The position numbers and the translations under genes were made by a program. This document shows positions 48,187 to 62,090 of a stretch of DNA of 64,000 nucleotides, one piece after another; the first letter of the stretch is position 1, and each line of letters opens with the position of its first letter. Under the pieces are notes generated by a model. That model did not search any database and was not told where the DNA came from. It was given only the letters and a program-made list of their open reading frames with translations. The stretch lies in assembly GCF_009914755.1 (NCBI RefSeq), contig NC_060932.1; one strand, 5' to 3'. Origin of the DNA: the human T2T-CHM13v2.0 reference genome, Homo sapiens.

Positions 48187-48680
48187 TGTGGCAGCCAGCT
48201 ACCAAGGTGGCTCCCAATGACCTTTGCCTCTGGCATAAATGCCCATGTGTAGTCCCTTCCTACATTTTATCATGGCTGGTCTGTGGGACTAACAGAATAC
48301 ACCAGAAGTGATGATATGCAACTTCTGAGGCTAGGTCATACAAAGACATTGAGGTTTTTGCCTTGTTCTATGTCAGATCACCCTCTCTGGAAGGAATCAA
48401 CTGCCTTGTCATGAGGATACTCACACAGTCTTACGGAGAAGTCAAAGAACCGAGGTCTCCTGCCAACAGCTGGGTGAGTGAGCCATCTTGGATGAAAATC
48501 CTCCAGCCCCAGTCAAGCCTTCAAATGACTGCAGCCCTGGCTGAAAAATTAAATGCAACATATGAGAGACCCTAAGGCAGAATCACCCAGGTAAGCTGCT
48601 CGTAGATTTCTGATGCACAAAAATTGTGTGAGAGATCAAATGTTTATTGTTGTTTCAAGGCTGTGCAGTATTTTCTCATA
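48187..48680 (+). mobile_element. MLT1E/F-type LTR
   Basis: gaggtctcctgccaacagc...cagccccagtcaagccttc motifs. Confidence 0.7.
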
Positions 48681-49288
48681 ATCTGAACATTTGTAGAGGT
48701 TTCTGAGAATTGATCTCCAGATTCCATACATTGGGAAATTTAAAACAGCAGTGGAAGTACAGCAATTTTTCTTGCCACAAACCTGAATTAACCTTACAGA
48801 TTTTTTAATAGGAGCCCTGAGATATAATTTTACTTTTTGGAGAATATACTTACCCTTTTAATAGCTTAACTTTTCTTTTTTAGAATAAAAATGTTTGGAA
48901 AACTAGACTCCTGTTTCTCCAGATTAGAAATGAAATTTGATCCTGTGGTGGCAGTTTTTCTCTCTCTCATCATTACATATGTTAGAAATTCTGATAAGGA
49001 GATTGTTAGAAGCAGAGATAAAGATTATATAAAAGAGAGAGGAGACAGAAAAGGAGGTGAAATGTAATCTCACAATTCCCTGCACCACTTATTTATTTCC
49101 TAAAATCTTGTCTCACACAAAAGACATCAGAGACAGAAAGTTTTCTCTGTCCACATCTCCCATAGGGACAAAGATAGCTTACCATTTCTTGGAAAATAAA
49201 GAAAAAATGAATTTTTCTTTACCAAAATTTAAACACCATTAGGGATAGAGGTTAAAATTAATTGAGACATCTGTAAGAGTAACAAGTA

Positions 49289-49376
49289 CCGCTACTCTGG
49301 GTACATTGCCCATGGGGTAGCCCTGCTCCACAAGAAGCAGTAAAGCTAAAACAAACAAACAAACAAAAAATAAAAA
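49289..49376 (+). mobile_element. Short poly(A)-tailed retrocopy of an LTR fragment (MER41-like)
   Basis: ~51-nt body plus A-rich tail; 14-bp TSD aagagtaacaagta at 49275-49288 and 49377-49390. Confidence 0.75.
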
Positions 49377-50031
49377 AAGAGTAACAAGTAGTTCTCTCTT
49401 TAGCACCATGTGAAGTATATTTTCATGATCCCATTCCCATTCCAATCCCAAATTTTCCAAAGCAAGGAACACCTACTATTTAACATAAAACATAGGACAT
49501 ATTAAAGACAAATGAAGAGTAGGGTTTGAAACCGTTGCAAGATCTGGTCTCCACTGACAAAAAAAAAAAAAAAAAAAATTCAACAATGTAGATGATAAAC
49601 TACTACCGACTTTACCTGGTTGTGTAGGAATTGTTCCCTTAATATACTTGGATACATTTGTAGAAAATAAGCCACCTGCAACTTGGTATATATATACTCT
49701 CCTAGCAATAATGTACTTTTCAGAGTGTCTTCACATCTATCGCTAGAAATGCTATTATGTAAGTAACCAGAATTATTATCTCTTTTGAACAGATGATGAA
49801 AGTTTGAAGTGGACTTTCTCAAGGACAGCTAGTTAGTGGCAAGGAAGAGACTGTAATTCAGACTTTCTGGAATCCAAAATGGAGCCTTTCTCCTGACCAT
49901 TGTCTCTGTTGAATGCACTAAGCAAATCTCTAGGACTTAGAAAAAATAATTAATTTAAGAGTATTATTCTTGTTTTTAATTCACTTTTAAGTTCTATATG
50001 AATTATTAATTCAATATCTATTATATAGTGG

Positions 50032-50960
<929 letters not shown>

Positions 50961-51659
50961 AAATAGTTATATTTTTAATGCAGTATTTTATAAAATTAGC
51001 TTATTGTTATCCCAATATTCATTGTTTCTGTTCCATACACTTATATGAGTACTTTCTATTACTAATGACCAGTCCATTGGTATAAAGAATAGCCTACATA
51101 TAAAAGAAACTTTTTTCTCCCACCTACACACACTTTGACTGAGGATGTGAATTTGCTGTCACTAATTTTTGACTCTTCAAGTAGCTTTCTGAAGGATGAG
51201 CAGAACGGAATGGAAAAGAGAAAACAGTCACTTCTGGCTTCAACATGGAACCAGATTATTGAACCAGAAACAATGAATATTTGGATAATAATAAGCTAAC
51301 CAGAAATAGGTCATGAGTGGAAAAGCAAAACAAGAAATATTACTAAGAATGTTATCCAACTAGACTAGAAATGGCATATCAAGTAGATGAGAAAAACCAA
51401 GTACAATAAGGAGGGTTGTTGAAGCACCTGGAATGACTACGCTAAGACAATAGCTATAAAAGATAATGCCCTTGAAGACCCAGCTTAAAAGACTCTCCCT
51501 CTGCAAAACCTACCCTCATTTCACCCCCAAAAAATTGTACTCTCTAAAATAATAGAGCTCCTCTCCTGTAGCCTTCATCAGGCCAAAGTTATTTATGACT
51601 TAGCACAAGACAACTCTCCTTTAAGGCAGGGTCCTTGTTGGGCTCATTTAACTCCTATG

Positions 51660-51961
51660 GTTTTTTTTGTTTGTTTGTTTTTAGAGACTGAGTCTCATTC
51701 TGTCGCCCAGGCTGGAGTGCAGTGGCACAATCTCAGCTCACTGCAACTACCCCCGAGTTCAGGTGATTCTTCTGCCTCAGCCTCCCAAGTAGCTGGGACT
51801 ACAGGTGCGTGCCACCATGCCCAGCTAATTCTTGTATTTTTAGTAGAGATGGGATTTTGACATGTTGACTAGGCTGGTCTCAAACTCCTGACCTCAGGTG
51901 ATCCACCTGCCCCGACCTCCCAAGGTGCTGGGATTACAGACATGAGCCACTGCGCCCAGCC
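51660..51961 (-). mobile_element. AluS
   Basis: Full dimer. Confidence 0.9.
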
Positions 51962-52262
51962 TCCTGTGGTTTTTTGTTTTTTGTTATTGCCAGTTGTGAG
52001 AGTTGGGGCAGAGGGAGAGATATATTTCCTTTGCAGCTACAGTTCTTATTAACAGGTTGAAGGTGGAGGAGGACAAGGAGGAGAGGAAAGGAAGGGGGAA
52101 ACAACCTCAATGTTTAAGAAGTGTCCTCTGTGTGCTTGACATAGTGCTAGACATTTTATATATGTCATCTCAGAGGGGAAACTAAGGCTTAGAGCATTTA
52201 GTAATCTATCAAAGATCACTCAACTGATGTTGAGTGGTAAAGTCAGGATTTGAATCTAATTA

Positions 52263-52664
<402 letters not shown>

Positions 52665-53444
52665 TCACAATTGTTCTTAATTATTTCTGGGTCATGGAAG
52701 AATCTCTCCCATAAAAGTGTACATGTGCAAATATATACATCATTATCAGTTTTGCATACCATTTCAGAAGGAGTGGCTAAGGAACCATGGAAACCAAGGC
52801 AAAAACCTCAAGATTACAGTATTCCCAACCACCTTCTCCCATTCCACTCCACCCTATCCCTCTTCCCAAAGCCTGAGAGTAATTAAAACCAAAGAAAATA
52901 TAAACATGAAAGTTTAGTTGGGAGAAGCAAATGCAAACTTCTAATATAGTATTGTACTCAAAAATGTCATGGAGAACTTGATTAGGAGACACTGAAGAAT
53001 GTAGTGCTACAATCTTGAAATTTCACAGTTATGACCTTCAGACCATATATGATGTAAGGCTGAGAGACAGAGTTACCACAACACATCCTAAGAGACTGAA
53101 AATAGCCGAAAATCAAACTGAATGGAAAATTCCAGGAAGTATACTATATTTAATGGAAGAGAGGTTTATTTCTGTTATTTTGTCTGGGGGACTTTTCTTG
53201 AAAAATATGTTTGGATTTTTATGGGCTAAAGAAAATGTTTTAAATGAGGTTTATGTGATTTTTATTTATACCCTGTATTTTTTCGAAGATTTAAGAGATT
53301 ATAGGTTTATAGAAAATATAACAAAATATTATGAATCATACATAGGAAAAAAGGTAGAGACATAAAATAGAGCCAGGAACAAACTTAATTTTAAACCATG
53401 AATTTATATAGTGATTAGGCCTTTAGTTCCTCAAGTTAATTTCT

Positions 53445-54415
53445 TTTTTTTCTTTTTAATTTTCTGTAGAGACAGGATCTCACCATGTAACCCATGCTGA
53501 TCTTCTTGAACTCCAAGGCTCAAGGGATCCTCCAGACTTTGCCTCCCAAAGTGTTGGAATTACATGCATGAGCCACCGCACTCAGCCCCTCAAGTAATTT
53601 CCAAAAATTATGCAGTGCAAAGAGTTTTATGTATTAGGTATACATTTTTCATAATTTACACAGTATTTTCACATACATTATCTCATTTGATCCTAAATGG
53701 ACTTTGTTAAGCAGTTATTATCCACATATTCCAAATAAGGAAACTGAAGCCCAGAGAAGAACTTGAAAATCCTGTTCTTCAAGGTGGGAGAATTGCTTGA
53801 GGCCAGTAGTTCAAGACCAGCCTGAGTAACAGAGGGAGTCTCCATCTCTCCAAATAATAATAATAATAATAAATGATATAGGCGTGGTGGCATGTGCCTG
53901 TGATCCCAGCTACTCAGGAGGCTGAGGCAGGACAATCACCTGAGCCCAGGAAGTCAAGACAGCAGTAAGCCATGACTGGGTCACTGTACTCCAGCCTAGA
54001 TGACAGAGCAAGACCTCCTCTCAATCAATCAATCAATCAATCAGAACAATATGCATTTGACATCTATGGCCCCTGCATTTTCACGAGAGGATTACTACCT
54101 TCTTTACAGATGGCTTTAGATTTGGAGGCTGGCTAAGCATAAAATTAAAAGACGTCATGCTTGGAATAGCCCTTTTAAGAAACACTTAACTCCTTTACTT
54201 AATAGACAAGTGCACTGAACCACTCATAATTTTTTAAATTATTTTTATTTTAATAATTATTTTATTTATTAAGACACAAGGTCTCAATCTATAGCCCAAG
54301 CTGGAGTGCAGTCGCACCATCCTAGCTCACTGCTGCCTCAAACTGCTTGGCTCAAGCTATCCTCCCTCTTCAGCCTCCCAAGTAGCTGGGACCGCAGGCA
54401 CAAGCCATCGCAACC
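53445..54415. mobile_element. Three partial Alus (53445-53588 -, 53780-54042 +, 54240-54415 -)
   Basis: Consensus similarity. Confidence 0.8.
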
Positions 54416-55974
54416 TGTGCTCTGAAGCTTTAAGAGGCCAAACGATTCCTCACATTCATCCGATCAGTTACAGGTAGAGCCAAGACCAGAAGCCAGGTAT
54501 CCTATTTTCCTTATAACACATTGCCTCTATAGCTTTATATCCATTTCTATGATTTTTGTTACATACCCAGTTCTGACCATTTCCTGTCACAATTTCCTTT
54601 GTCTACTAAGTAAAGTTCTAAATGCATGGTGACATAACATACAAGGCCCTACATAACCTGGCACAAGAGACCTCTCCAGGTACTCTCCTCCTCTAACAGT
54701 GTAGGAATACTCCTGACTCCTAGGATGCCAGGCATTTGTATAACATCCTAATAGAGTTGTGCTGGTGAAGGAAGGCCACATCCCTCTATCTTGTGAGAGT
54801 GAAGACTTGAGTTTCTCCATCACCAAGGAAGACTTGGGTGAAGGCACTCAAGTGGGAGGGACAAAATGACATCTGAAAACTGGAGGCCTTGGGCAGGGAC
54901 CTCCCCTTCCTCAAACTAAAGGTGAATGAACCAAATTTTGCGATTCCAGGTAGCTTTTCATGTCAAATTTTCATGTCAAATTCTTCCGTGCCATCTCTGA
55001 CCCTTTAGTAAAATCCCCTCCAAATATTCCAGAAAAACCTTGTGAGTTCATATTTGGCAAGGCCATCCAAAGCATGTTAGCAACCCAGCATGATGGTGTC
55101 AGTACTAATTACATAATGAGAGGCCCCAAAGAGAAGAGTATTAGGCAACAGGAACGAGGGCCACTAAATCCCAATCGCTTTTCCCCAGCAATGATTCTCC
55201 TTCAATATGAGGTTATGGGTTATGAGGATATGAGTTAGTCAATTAGCTTCCTTATGCAACTTCAAATTCCCTGAACAGATCCAGGAATTTTGCACATTCT
55301 GTTCCTTGTCCATAAACTTTGGTTCCCCTCCCCAAACTGTTGTTCTTTCGACAAACTCTATACATAATTCATATTCCTGGCTCAGAAATCATAATCTCTA
55401 AGTAACCTTTCCTGACACCCTATTCTCCACCTCCTCTTCCATAACCTGTGGTCTTTTTGAACAGAGTGGTGACATTTTGGGCTGGATGACTGAAAAAGCA
55501 AAGTAGAAAAACAGAACATAGAACATACAGGGCCTCCAGTTGCTGTGCCTGGCGGTACATGAAACATAGTATTCAATAACTATTCTTTGAATGCACAGTC
55601 ATTTTGTTTTTTCCTTTAACAGTATTTCCTAATAGGTAACTCATGAACACTGCAAAAAATGTCAAACTGCACAAAAAAATTCAGGGAAAAGTACATTTTC
55701 CCCCCAATCCCATTCCCTCCTTTCTCTTAATACCAGTTAGCTTTCCTTTCAGATTGATTATGCATATATGGGTATGTAAATGTTTTCCCACTATTTGTTA
55801 CACATAAAAATTATATACAATTCATATATTACATATGGTGCATGTTATATACACACACATAAACAGATCATCTCGGTTTTGCTTAACCTAAGTCAGGCTT
55901 TTTTTTTTTTTTTTTTTTTAGAGCAGCCCTCAGAACCAGGACAGGTTCAGAGACTTTATTTATTTTTTATTTAC

Positions 55975-56202
55975 TATTATTATTTTGAGACGGAGTCCCG
56001 CTCTGTCGCCCAGTCTGGAGTGCCGTGGTTCAATCTCGGCTCACTACAACCTCCACCTCCCAGGTTCAAGTGATTCTCCTGCCTTAGACTCCGAGTAGCT
56101 GGGATTACAGGCGAGCACCACCACGCCCGGCTAATGTATTTTTAGTAGAGACGCGGTTTCGCCATGTTGGCCAGGCTGGTCTCGAACTCCTGACCTCAGG
56201 TG
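55975..56202 (-). mobile_element. 5'-truncated AluS, CpG-rich
   Basis: Consensus similarity; ends at tgacctcaggtg. Confidence 0.88.
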
Positions 56203-56608
56203 AGAGCAACGTAGTACTCCACTGTGCGTGCATACCATGATTTACTTTGCAGTCCCAGATTTACGGTTTCCAATTTATAAATACTGCCATTTTCACCTTC
56301 AAGCCCCGATGCCAAACACAGAAATACCAGGCCACCCCCACCCCCTCGCCGTGTGCCTCCCACATTTTCACACACATTTTCAGGAGCCCAGGGCGCAGCC
56401 TCACACCGAACGCCGCCTCTGCCGTCCCCTCACTTGCCCCGTGCCCCCACCGCAGGGCTGAAGGCGACGGAACCGAGCCTTTGTACCCCCACCAGCCCCG
56501 TTCCCTGGCGTCTCCCGGCCGCCGGGCTCGCCCGCTCAAACGTGGCGGAACAACCGGAGCCGGGCCCCGCCCTGCTGGAAGACAGGGCGGACCGGGCAAG
56601 GCAGGCGC

Positions 56609-56628
56609 GGGGCGGGGCGGGGCGGGGC
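56609..56628 (+). promoter_or_regulatory. Tandem SP/KLF GC boxes, (GGGGC)4; potential G-quadruplex
   Basis: ggggcggggcggggcggggc read directly from the sequence. Confidence 0.8.
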
Positions 56629-56716
56629 TCCGGCTGGCGGGGCGCGGCCAGCGTGCAGGGCTGGGCCAGCGTGCGGGGCTCCTCCCCTTTCCTCCGGCGG
56701 CGCCGGCGGCCGCAGA

Positions 56717-56724
56717 ACTTCCGG
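56717..56724 (-). promoter_or_regulatory. ETS/GABP motif CCGGAAGT near the likely TSS
   Basis: acttccgg on the + strand; typical of bidirectional housekeeping promoters. Confidence 0.65.
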
Positions 56725-56985
56725 GTCGGCGCGGAGGCGGGGCGGAGGCGCCGCGGCGGCTGTTATTGTTCGGCTGGGCTCGGTCGGGCGCTGTCTCCCT
56801 CGGCTCTGCGGGTGTCAGTTCGTCCGGCTTCCTCACAGCCCCTCACTCCCGGCGGCTGACAGCAGCAGCGGCGGCGGCGGGCGGCGCCTGGCGTTTCGAG
56901 GCTGAGCGGCACCGGGGTTGGGGCGCGGAGGAGGAGCAGCAGCGGGAGGAGGAGCCGTGTGCCCTGGCACTGAGCGGCCGCGGCC

Positions 56986-57031
56986 ATGGCGTACGCCTAT
57001 CTCTTCAAGTACATCATAATCGGCGACACAG
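56986..57031 (+). CDS. RAB2A: RAB2A (Ras-related protein Rab-2A) coding exon 1; intron 1 runs past the window end
   Basis: Strong Kozak context gcggccATGG. Translates MAYAYLFKYIIIGDT(G), the Rab2A N-terminus leading into the P-loop (Rab2B begins MTYAY). 46 coding nt, then a G|GTGAGG donor at 57032. Confidence 0.97.
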
Positions 57032-58152
57032 GTGAGGGCCCCGGGCGCGGCCGGGCGGGTGTCGGCGGCCTCCGGACCCGGGCTGAGGGGCAAACGGCGT
57101 CTGGCGGTGGCGGGGACGCGGACTCCACCCGGCGCCTCCCTCCTGGCCGCGCCGCTCCATTTCCGCAGTGCTGGAGCTGGTGACGTGGGCACTGCGAGCG
57201 GCCGCGGCCTGGCCAGGCCCGGTCTGCGGCCCCCGACCCGGCCAGTCTTGCAGCTGAGGGCCGTGGCAGCCGTTTGCGACGCCCGATTCAGGAAGTGTGT
57301 GACAGGAGGGGAGGCCTAGCGCAGGGCCGCCGGGGCCCGACTCACATGACTGCACCCCACCCCCAGGGCCCCTTGCGTTAGGTCTCTTCGCGGCCCCAGG
57401 AAAAAGAAGGAGGGAAACCTAGGGGAGCAGAAGGTGTTGGGGCCCGGGTCTTGGTTCCTGACCAGTCCAACCTTCCTCCACCAGCACGCATCTATCAAGG
57501 CCTGGGCAAGGCGCTTTTTGGCGTGGGACAGGCAGCCGAGAAAGAGAAAAGGAAACCTTTAAAATATGTATTTTATATATATACATATATATAAAATATG
57601 CTTTTTTAACACCTTCAACTCTCACGTCAGAATAAGTCACATCTCATTACTTGACGGCTGGAGAATCCCTTTCGGGGTTAGGAAAGCATGAACGAGTTCT
57701 GTGGACTTTTGCCACGTGTGAACTGGGGTTATATAGTAATGTAAAGTCGTTCAGTGCTCTGGGTGTGTACTTAGGTATGTGTATGTTGAGGACGCTGATG
57801 TTTTAGATATGTCAAGTCCGGTGTCACAACTGCTAATTTTCAGGTGAGCTCATGTCCATGAGCTGAAAGAAATTCAGTTATTCTCACTTAAAATGACGTC
57901 CTAGTATATTTCACAGAAAAGTAAACAGACTCTTCGTAGATATTTTTAATACCTGTGATTTGGCATTACTTTGAATCTAATAATAAACATAAAGATTGTT
58001 TAGATGTTGCAACTATTAATATACCAGAGTCTGATTTCAGTGGTTACTCTTGCACAACTTTGGACCCTTTGCACAACTTCGGTCATGTAAGCAGCAGTTT
58101 GTAGTTGAACTAATGATGTGGCAGGTTCTATAAGTAACTAAAGAAGCATGTT

Positions 58153-58401
58153 GGCCGGACGCGGTGGCTCACACCTGTAATCCCAGCACTTTCGGAGGCC
58201 GAGGTGGGGGATCACCTGAGATCAGGAGTTCGAGACCTGCTTGGCCAACGTGGTGAAACCCCGTCTCTACTAAAAGTACAAAAGTTAGCCGGGCGTCGTG
58301 GCAGGCGCCTGTAATCCCAGCCACTTGGGAGGCTGAGGCGGGAGGATCACTTGAGCCCGGAAGGTGGAGTTTGCAAAAAAAAAAAAAAAAAAAAAAAAAA
58401 A
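58153..58401 (+). mobile_element. Alu lacking the distal right arm, CpG-rich
   Basis: Alu up to ggtggagtttgc, then poly(A). Confidence 0.88.
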
Positions 58402-59610
58402 GCATATTTATTGCTGCCTGAAAGAAAAAATTTCTGCTAGATACATGAGTTTTCAGCAAGGTTTTCTGATGCGTGCGTGCGTGTGTGTGTGTGTGGAAAT
58501 TGGATTTGTAAACTTTAAAAGAAAAATGCTGTGGTGTATTTGGAAGAAGGAGAATTCTAAAGTCTTCTGGCAAAATTTCATTTAGGCTGTAAAAACAAGA
58601 TTGGAGAGGAATGCCACATTAACTGTAATATGAGTGGGTTTGAGAAATAGAAGCTTGTGACTGTGGCATTTGGCTATCTCATTAGTGGTGAAAATTCAAA
58701 TCAGACTTTGCTGGTTGCCTTTTTTCAGTTTTTTATTTGAGGCTGTACTGTGGATAAATAAAGTATTGTGCATGGAGTAGTGGGGCTACAAATCCTAACA
58801 AGTTAATGCTCTGTTCTCTTGGAATTTGCTCTTATCCAAAAGCAGTCCCCACGCAATTCAAAGGGAAGACACTTCTTTCTTGTCATTGCTGCTGATACGA
58901 CCTAGTTCAGGAACAGAATTCTTGACACTGTATAGTCTGCAGCAGTACTTCTCCCTACTCCAGTTCAGCCAGTGTAGTTTACTGTCAGTTTAGTCATCCT
59001 GAAGCATGAATGTCAAAAGGCTACTCCTGTTTGCTCACAATTTTTAGTTTGACCTTCAGTGAACTCTATATTTTAGCCCCTATCTACATTTCTCGCCTTC
59101 TTTCCCGCTATTCCCCACCTTGCTTCTGCCATTGAGTCCCAGTGACTGATTTTGGTGTTTTTTTCCTGGGCACTGCTAGTCTCTATTCTTAGAGTGCTTT
59201 CCGGCACAATCTCTCCCTGTGGAAGATCCATCAGTCCTTCAAAGTCTTATCTGAGTTTTCCGTAATGCCTTCACAGTCAACATATATTAAGCTCTTATTG
59301 TGTGAAGATTTTCACAGTATCCTGGCTGAAAGTGACTACTCCGTTTCTGAATTTATGTTTCTCACTTTGTGTCATTCTTCTGATATTGATCCCAGACTTT
59401 TCTGTTGTATAGATACTTGTATAGGCACCTCTATTATGTAGGTACCTATTATATACTTCTTGAAGTCAGAAAAGATGTTTTGTATGGCTCTGTATTTCTT
59501 TCAGGAAGAGCGTAGTAGAAGGTAGGCCCTGTATATTTAATTAATAAGAGAGGAGCCAAACAGGCTACTATATTCCTGTTTGTATATATTAATAACTTAA
59601 CAGAAGTGGT

Positions 59611-59632
59611 GTCGTTGTTGTTGTTGTTGTTG
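59611..59632. repeat. (GTT)n microsatellite
   Basis: Read directly from the sequence. Confidence 0.85.
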
Positions 59633-60574
59633 CCCAGTTCTGCCACCTTCTTGCTTACTAATTTGGGCAAAATCCTTTACCATATTTCTTTAATGCAGAG
59701 TGTACCCATAGTTGTAAGATACACTCAGTGTGGCCCTCCCCTAGAAAAGATGACTTTAAAATCAGTAATGTGAGATCCACTTTGATTTTTTAAAAAGTCA
59801 GGGTCAAAAACATGCATCTTAGAATGAAGGAAATCACCTAATTTTTCTGTTTCCCTGTTTCCGTAACCTATAACCTTCTCTCAGTATGTGGGATAAAATG
59901 AGGATAAATGTGAAAGTACTTTGATTTCTCAAAGGAAAGGAACAATGCACATTTTTCCTTTTCAGAATTCCCTCTTTAATAGAAGAGGTTTTAAAAACTT
60001 TTACATGATCATGATGATACTATTGAGCTGTTTTCTTACTGTAAGACTAAATGCAGTTAAAATGTAGCTTTAAATTTTTTCCTTGTTCCTGTCTTGTTTC
60101 TGAATCATTTAGTAAAATGTGTCATTTAAATCTAGATGTAAAGTGGAAAGTGGTTTTTAATAAGCAGTTAATTATCAAGCATGGAGAGAAAAAATACGAA
60201 TCTATAGTAATTTTTCTTCTGAAATTCTAGCATCTGCCAACCATTTTAACCTTATCACTAACCCTCCCTGCTGCTCAACGCTCAGCAAGGTAAACAAAGG
60301 CACAGGTTTGGTTGTGTTCTTATTTCTGCTAATATCTGAAGCACTCCTTCTTGTTCTTCCCTATCAAAAAAAGTTATGTCAAAAATTTTTGTCACCTGGC
60401 CAACTCCTTTTTATCCATTCTTTTGAGAGTTTAACAAATCCTACCACTCCCTGTTGCATTTTATGCTGGTCCCCTCCTCTCTTCCCTCATTCTGTTTCCC
60501 TTCTCTTCAGTCCCAGTCCCACTTACATTTTATTTTTTATTTTTCACTCTTATGTATATACCCACCACTTCCAT

Positions 60575-60891
60575 TTTATTTTATTTTACTTATATTATTT
60601 ATCTATCTATTGAGACATGATCTCTGTTGCCCAGGCAGGAGTGCAGTGGCACTATCACGGCTCACTCACTACAGCTTCAGTCTCCTGGGCCTAAGCAATC
60701 CTCCCACCTAAGTCTTCCAAGTAGCTGGGAACACAGGCACATGCCACCATGCCTGGCTAATTTTTAAATTTTTGTAGAGATGGGCTCTCACTGTGTTGCT
60801 CAGGCTGGTCTCAAACTCCTGGGCTTAAGCCATCCTCCCACTTCAGCCTCCCAAAGTGCCAGATTACAAGCACAAGCCACAGCTCTCAGCC
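60575..60891 (-). mobile_element. AluJ
   Basis: Full dimer. Confidence 0.88.
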
Positions 60892-60989
60892 CCACTTGCA
60901 TTTTAAATTATCTTTTTAGTTAGGAAGGTCTTTGCCTTTGTCTTAGATGCCAGGGTACACCATTGAGTGTCAGATTTATTTAATAGTTA

Positions 60990-62090
<1,101 letters not shown>

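Larger units (their letters stand above)
56320..57400. promoter_or_regulatory. RAB2A: CpG island / TATA-less RAB2A promoter, 5'UTR and start of intron 1
   Basis: Abrupt rise in GC and CpG density around exon 1, with GC boxes and ETS motifs. Edges are approximate. Confidence 0.93.

Noticed and set aside
56247-57035. 262-aa ORF and other overlapping ORFs across the CpG island
   Set aside because: The 262-aa ORF has a non-ATG start. All are Gly/Ala/Arg/Pro-rich products of stop-poor GC DNA and out of frame with Rab2A.
57032-57183. Continuation of the MAYAYLF ORF to 65 aa
   Set aside because: Read-through into intron 1 past the GTGAGG donor; Rab similarity ends at GDTG.
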